Assembly (NCBI GenBank): GCA_012295275.1
Contig: CM022672.1
Location: 11,160,001-11,224,000, forward strand
Source: Chrysomallon squamiferum
Lineage: Eukaryota > Animalia > Mollusca
Length of the DNA stretch: 64,000 bases
Direction of reading: 5' to 3'
Below are positions 58,748 to 64,000 of the stretch, piece after piece. The notes below the pieces were generated by a model that ran no database searches, was not told where the DNA came from, and saw only the letters and a program-made list of their open reading frames with translations. A program made the translations under genes and the position numbers. Position 1 is the stretch's first letter. The number at the start of each line of letters is the position of its first letter.

Positions 58748-61604
58748 CAACAAGAATCAATTCGTAGAATTCCTCAACCATTCTCATAAATCCCTTATTG
58801 TTGTTATTGTTTTAAAAATTTATTTATATATTTTAAATTTTAGATGTTTTTGCATAACAGTATTTAAGGTTTATAGCTTGTTCTGACAAGAATATATGAT
58901 TTTTGTTTATGTAATCATGAATTGCATTTCCTAATTATGCATGAAAATTAAAAATACATATCCATTCTGCTGATCATGGCATAAAATGAATAATTCATTC
59001 TAAACCATTATAAATTTCTGCTGCATGATATGATGAAATTTCCACTAATTTGTTATTGCATTCTTAAAATCTTTACTAAGTGATCAATTTTAAATTGAAT
59101 AGATATATATAACATCTTTGTTTGACAAAAACGAATGATTTATAAAACAAAGAGAAAAAGTGTTTCAGACAAAAGAGTTAATTCTCTTGTTAATTCGTTA
59201 TTTTAATTTTTATTGGGAAATAAAGTTGATATTATATTTTTGCTGAACAGATCTTAATTACTAAATATATTTGTACCAGAATAATTTTATTTTGAATGAA
59301 AGCATTACATTATGGCAAGAATTTTAGAATATCGTATGTCTAATTCTAATGATGTTATTAAGCATGTTTATTTTAATTATTTCAGTGATATTGGCCAGAT
59401 CTTCAATTAAATAAAACCAATATGAATAATTCATTGCCAATCAAGTAGTTTAAAAAATTTGAAGCCAACTTAACACTGTATTAAATCATGTATTTGTTTT
59501 AAGGAAGGATGGATTAATTGTGACTTTTAACTTTGAATATTTAGACATGGTTTTCTTGTGTACACCAATGCATATTCATTATTAAATGATAAAATATTTT
59601 CTTTTGATGATTTGAAATGAAATTTGTATTTTTATCATGTTGTTATTTATTGTTGTTTGAAACATTGTTATTGTTTTAAATATTTGTTACATTGTTGAAT
59701 TTTCAAGGTTTGTGAAACTGGAAAAACAAATTTTAAAATATTTGTTAAAAATAACTGAATAGTTATGACTGATTTTTTCAAACATTATGTGGTTTCACAC
59801 AAAAACTATTATATTGTTGTTATGCTTATTTATTAAAAATAATATAACTTTACATAATGAAGAGGTATCCTAAATTTCAAGGCCTAGTTTATATGGAATA
59901 AATGTTTGTCCCATTTGTTCATGTGAACATGTATGTATATTACATTTAAGTATGTACATAAATACTGGTTGTTATTTAAATAATGAATCGCATTCCAAAT
60001 TGAAGTTTATTTAGAATAAATACATTTCTTCCATTCATTTATGTGAAAAAGGTAAAATGACATACATTATATCTAAGTACATGTGTGAATCCTGAGATTA
60101 TTCATTTAACAATACATTGTTTCACATTAAACATTTGTGCCAAATCGTTTTATTTTGTTAGTATAAGAAATATATTCTACATTTTTTGTTATGGCAGTTT
60201 AGCCATTTAAACATATACACCTTGGTGTATTTACCATACTGTGCTTTCGTATCACTTCAAATAGATTTTTTACATTATGTCACTTAATCTGCAGTGGCAC
60301 TGCCTTCTCTTTCCAGTGTGCAGTTCATTGAGGTTTACTGAATTAATATCATACTTGTTTTAGTGATTTTTTTTTTTGTTTGTTTAATGTTGTCTGGAAA
60401 AATATCTTGTTAATCATGTTATTTTATTACCTTTGTTATTTGTAAGTTATTTTTTTTTTGAATGAATTGGTTTCAAATAAAATATTCAAAATGAGTTCTT
60501 TTTCTTTTCGTTGAAGTATTAGTCTTTTAACCATCAACTGATTTTAGGTGTCACATATCCTATATAATTAGTATTAATAATAACTGGATATAAATAAAAA
60601 TAATCATATAAAATAAAAATAAGCTATGTAAATCAAAACAATGAACTATATGTTACCCCCAAGAAATTCCGATTTTATTCAAAATTATGAAAATGCACTT
60701 AAAAAGTTATTGAGTACTGATCAGTTTATTGCAAGAAGATTCAAATATTTATTTTCGAAGATCAAAACCGAGATATTCCAAGCCTTTCTATGTTAATCAT
60801 CTCGAAGAATGTTTGGATGTGTCTGCTTATTGGAAAAATTTACTGTCTTTGATTTGTTTGATAATGAATGAATGAATGAAAAGAGAATTAAATAAATCAT
60901 CATATTTACCACAACCATTTTGAATATAAGACTGATTTGTTTTATCCTCTATTTATAGTATATTGTATTGTGTTGTATTATTTTATTTAACTGATTATGA
61001 ATTTTAATAGTTATTTATTTTATTTACTTTTTATTTAATTATTTTAATTCATTCTTTCTTTGGGATTTCACTGCCTGATTTCATTGTGTGATTGTAGTTT
61101 TGTTCTATATCAAATAGATTATTATTGTTATTATTTAGAAGATTAATTTTGAACATTTATAAACTAACAGTAAAAGTCCAAGTTAACTGAGGGTATTTGA
61201 TAAAATTATGGAAAACTAAAACATTACAGTATCATATCATTTTGTGTATCCTAATTCGGACTGAATTTTTATTGTCCAATTAATAAAGTATTTGGCATAA
61301 AGGAGATTTTTAATAATTACTTTTAAAATGTTTACCATAATAAACATATCTATAAAACAGAGAAACCAAAGTAGAATATTAATAATAAAGAAAAAAGCAG
61401 ACCCCCAACAAATACACCAACAAGTGCACACGTGATTACACACTTGCACACAAAATATATTATATCCTGCATAAAGTTAATTTGTAGATTTTTGACGAGA
61501 ATTTTAAATCTCATGCATTTTTGATACTTCAGTGAAAAAGGTCTTCTGGAGATAATCTATTATAATTGTTATTATGAGTAGTATTTGTAATAACTGCACA
61601 TGAC

Positions 61605-63894
61605 TCAAAGATACTGATTGTCTTTTTCTAGCAGATGACTATGTGATTCTTGTGACAATAGTTGAACATGGTGAGCAGAGCCAGGGATGTGGTCAATCAT
61701 GCCGCTGTACTGCACAGACGTGGATGTCAAATGAATCTGGCTTGATAAGGAGGTACTTTGCTGTAATGAATTCTGTGACTGTCCTGAAGGCAGAGTGGAT
61801 GGATGAGTTAGACAATGAAGAGACGTCAGGTCAGTTTGGTTTGCTGAAGGATTCTGAAGATGTCTCTGACTTGGAAGGTCTGTCACAACTTGCCTCATTG
61901 TAGCCATGTTGGAGTGACGATTACTGGTATGACGGGGAGTTGGATCGTTCATATTCTCTGTTACAGATGGCAGAAAATGCTGCTGAGACAATGTTGGGGA
62001 ATGATCTCGTAGTGGCATTGGATTCTGTGCAACATATTTCATCACAGAAGATTCTGGTTTCATTACCGCATTAAAGTTCAAAGCCGAATTAATTGTCATA
62101 CGTGTTGAAATACATTCCTCTACCGGTTCATTTATAGACACTTCAGTTATACAATTCTGGAGCTCTTCTGGAGTCAGGATCTTACCATGACTCTTTATGT
62201 GTGTCCTCATATTATCTGCTCTGGTTCCTGTCTTTCCACAAAACTTACAGACGAACTGGCGTGCTGGAGCATGGATAGTTCTGACGTGTTTGCTTAAACC
62301 ACCTTTATCTGGAAAACAGCTTCCACAAGTATGGCATACAAAGGTCCTTTCAGGATTATGGCGTTTTTCGTGAGCTTTGCAACAGTTTTTAGTTTTGAAT
62401 GTTTTCGAACAAATGCGACACTGAAATGGAGTGTCACTTTTGTGAGTGTACTGGTGAGTATATAATGAGGACATACATTTGAACGTCTTTCCACAAAGTT
62501 TACAAGAAAAAGGACGGGCATCCATATGGACGAAAACGTGAGCATCTAAATTACTCTTGAACATGAACTGGCGGCCACAAATGTCACACATAAATCGATT
62601 GACATCATCAGTATGACGACGTCGATGCACGTTTCTTAAATGCTCGGACTTATAGTATTTCAAACATATATCACACTGGTAGTTCTTTTCAGAAACATGA
62701 AATGATTCTTCATGTGCTTTGAGTGCTTGGCGAGTCACAAACCCTTTGTTGCACATTGAACATTTATGTGGTCTTTCGTTCATATGTATCATCATGTGCG
62801 TTTTTAAGCTGTTGTTGTAATTAAATTCCTTGCCACAGCAGCTGCATGCAAATTTTCGCTTCTCCCCACAGTGATGGATAGCTTGTTTGTGAGCTTTCAA
62901 ATGAGTGCCTGTTAGATATGACTTGTCACAGAGGTCACACTGGTAAGGTCGCTCGCCCCGATGTTTTCGCATATGTAATTTATAACTGTGATGGAAGTTG
63001 AAGAACTGACCACATTCTTCACATGAATACGGTTTGACTTTACTGTGCAGACCTCTTTGATGATGAGATAAAGAATCAATGGAAGAAAAGTTTTTCCCGC
63101 ACTGGTCACACTGAAACTTTGACCAGTGACGATTTGTATGACGTCTGAAGGCTCTTTTAGTTTCAAAGGTTTTGTTGCACAGCAAGCAAGCTAAATTAGT
63201 TATGTCAACTGATGATTCTAATTGTCTACATTTCTCTTTAACTTCGATGCTTTCTTCCTTAGTTTGATGTACAGGTCTTTCAATTTGGCTTTTGTCCTAT
63301 TCAACTGTTTCATTTTGATTTTCAATGCTAATTTCGCTACTGTCCTTCGACCTTTATTAGAAACTGTCCTATTTCTCTGCGATTCTTTTCGAATTCGAGT
63401 AGACCTCCTGTTTTTCGTTGGTGTTTTACAACCACCATCACTTTCAGATTTTCTTTTCTGTTTTCTTTTAGTAGTTGTCTGTGAATCATCACTTTCCTCA
63501 CCTGTTAAATCTGGTTGATAATCATCATCTGATATATGTTCATTCTTTATCTTCTTACTCTTCTGAAAGTTAGAAGCGTCGCCATAGCTACTGTCATCAC
63601 TGTCGATTCCATTACTATCATTCTCATTTGAAACCACTCGAACAACCTGGTAATGCATACTGTTATCAGTTCGGTTTGATTGAGCAGCTGCATTACTGTT
63701 ATCTCCTTTTACAGTCTTTTTCAGAGGTATGATTGAGGCTGTAGGCAGACCATTTTGAGATTCTGTACTATCTTCATCTTTTACTTTCGTAATATCATCT
63801 GAATGAACGTTTGGTGAGGCATTAACTTCTTTACCGAATGATGTTTCTACTGATATTTGCATGGTGGTAGCAGGATTCTGCTTGATGTGATTTT
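61605..63894 (-). CDS. C2H2 zinc-finger protein, terminal exon region with 12 fingers; 5' exons lie beyond the window; frame disruption near 63190-63355
   Basis: Acceptor ttgcag| at 63895. Acidic/basic linker ORF 63218-63862. Twelve C2H2 fingers from CLLC (~63190) to CKFC..HIKSH, then a Q/H/S-rich tail to the stop at 61605. The two ORFs are in different frames. Confidence 0.8.
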
Positions 63895-64000
63895 CTGCAA
63901 TAAATGAAGGAAATGTTCTTATTATAGAAGTCTGAAAGACAGTAACGAAGAAAAAAATAATAACACCATAAATATTAAAAATATATATTATAAAATACTT

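Larger units (their letters stand above)
45235..61110 (+). repeat. Segmental duplication unit B
   Basis: Colinear with 26102-39026, with extra segments at about 47414-47759, 48330-51180 and 60487-61010. Confidence 0.9.

Noticed and set aside
63218-63300. Programmed -1 frameshift joining the two zinc-finger ORFs
   Set aside because: No canonical X XXY YYZ slippery heptamer was seen in the ~80-nt overlap.

Overview
AT-rich, intron-rich animal genomic DNA (invertebrate-like; species cannot be determined from the sequence). Manual splicing along GT-AG junctions gives six protein-coding loci. (1) An 18-exon minus-strand gene (199-10333, about 869 aa) with two tandem N-terminal repeats, a TIR with its catalytic Glu, a second TIR with Glu replaced by Gln, and a SLOG/LOG-fold domain. 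This joins the two signalling modules of bacterial Thoeris-type systems in one animal protein and is the top candidate for an undescribed system. (2) An R3HCC1-like gene that appears to start at CUG. (3) DUSP11/PIR1 RNA 5'-phosphatase. (4,5) A tandem duplication of the meiotic kleisin REC8. Its second copy has N-terminal exons more diverged than the adjacent introns, a relocated start codon, a lost splice acceptor and altered ExxR motifs. (6) The 3' part of a 12-finger C2H2 gene with a frame disruption that a cryptic intron could bypass. Mobile DNA comprises a decayed RNase H-bearing LINE between the REC8 copies, split at YADD by a TIR element, and two Sola2-like insertions, one in each REC8 copy. 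All gene models and counts are hand-derived and lack transcript support.
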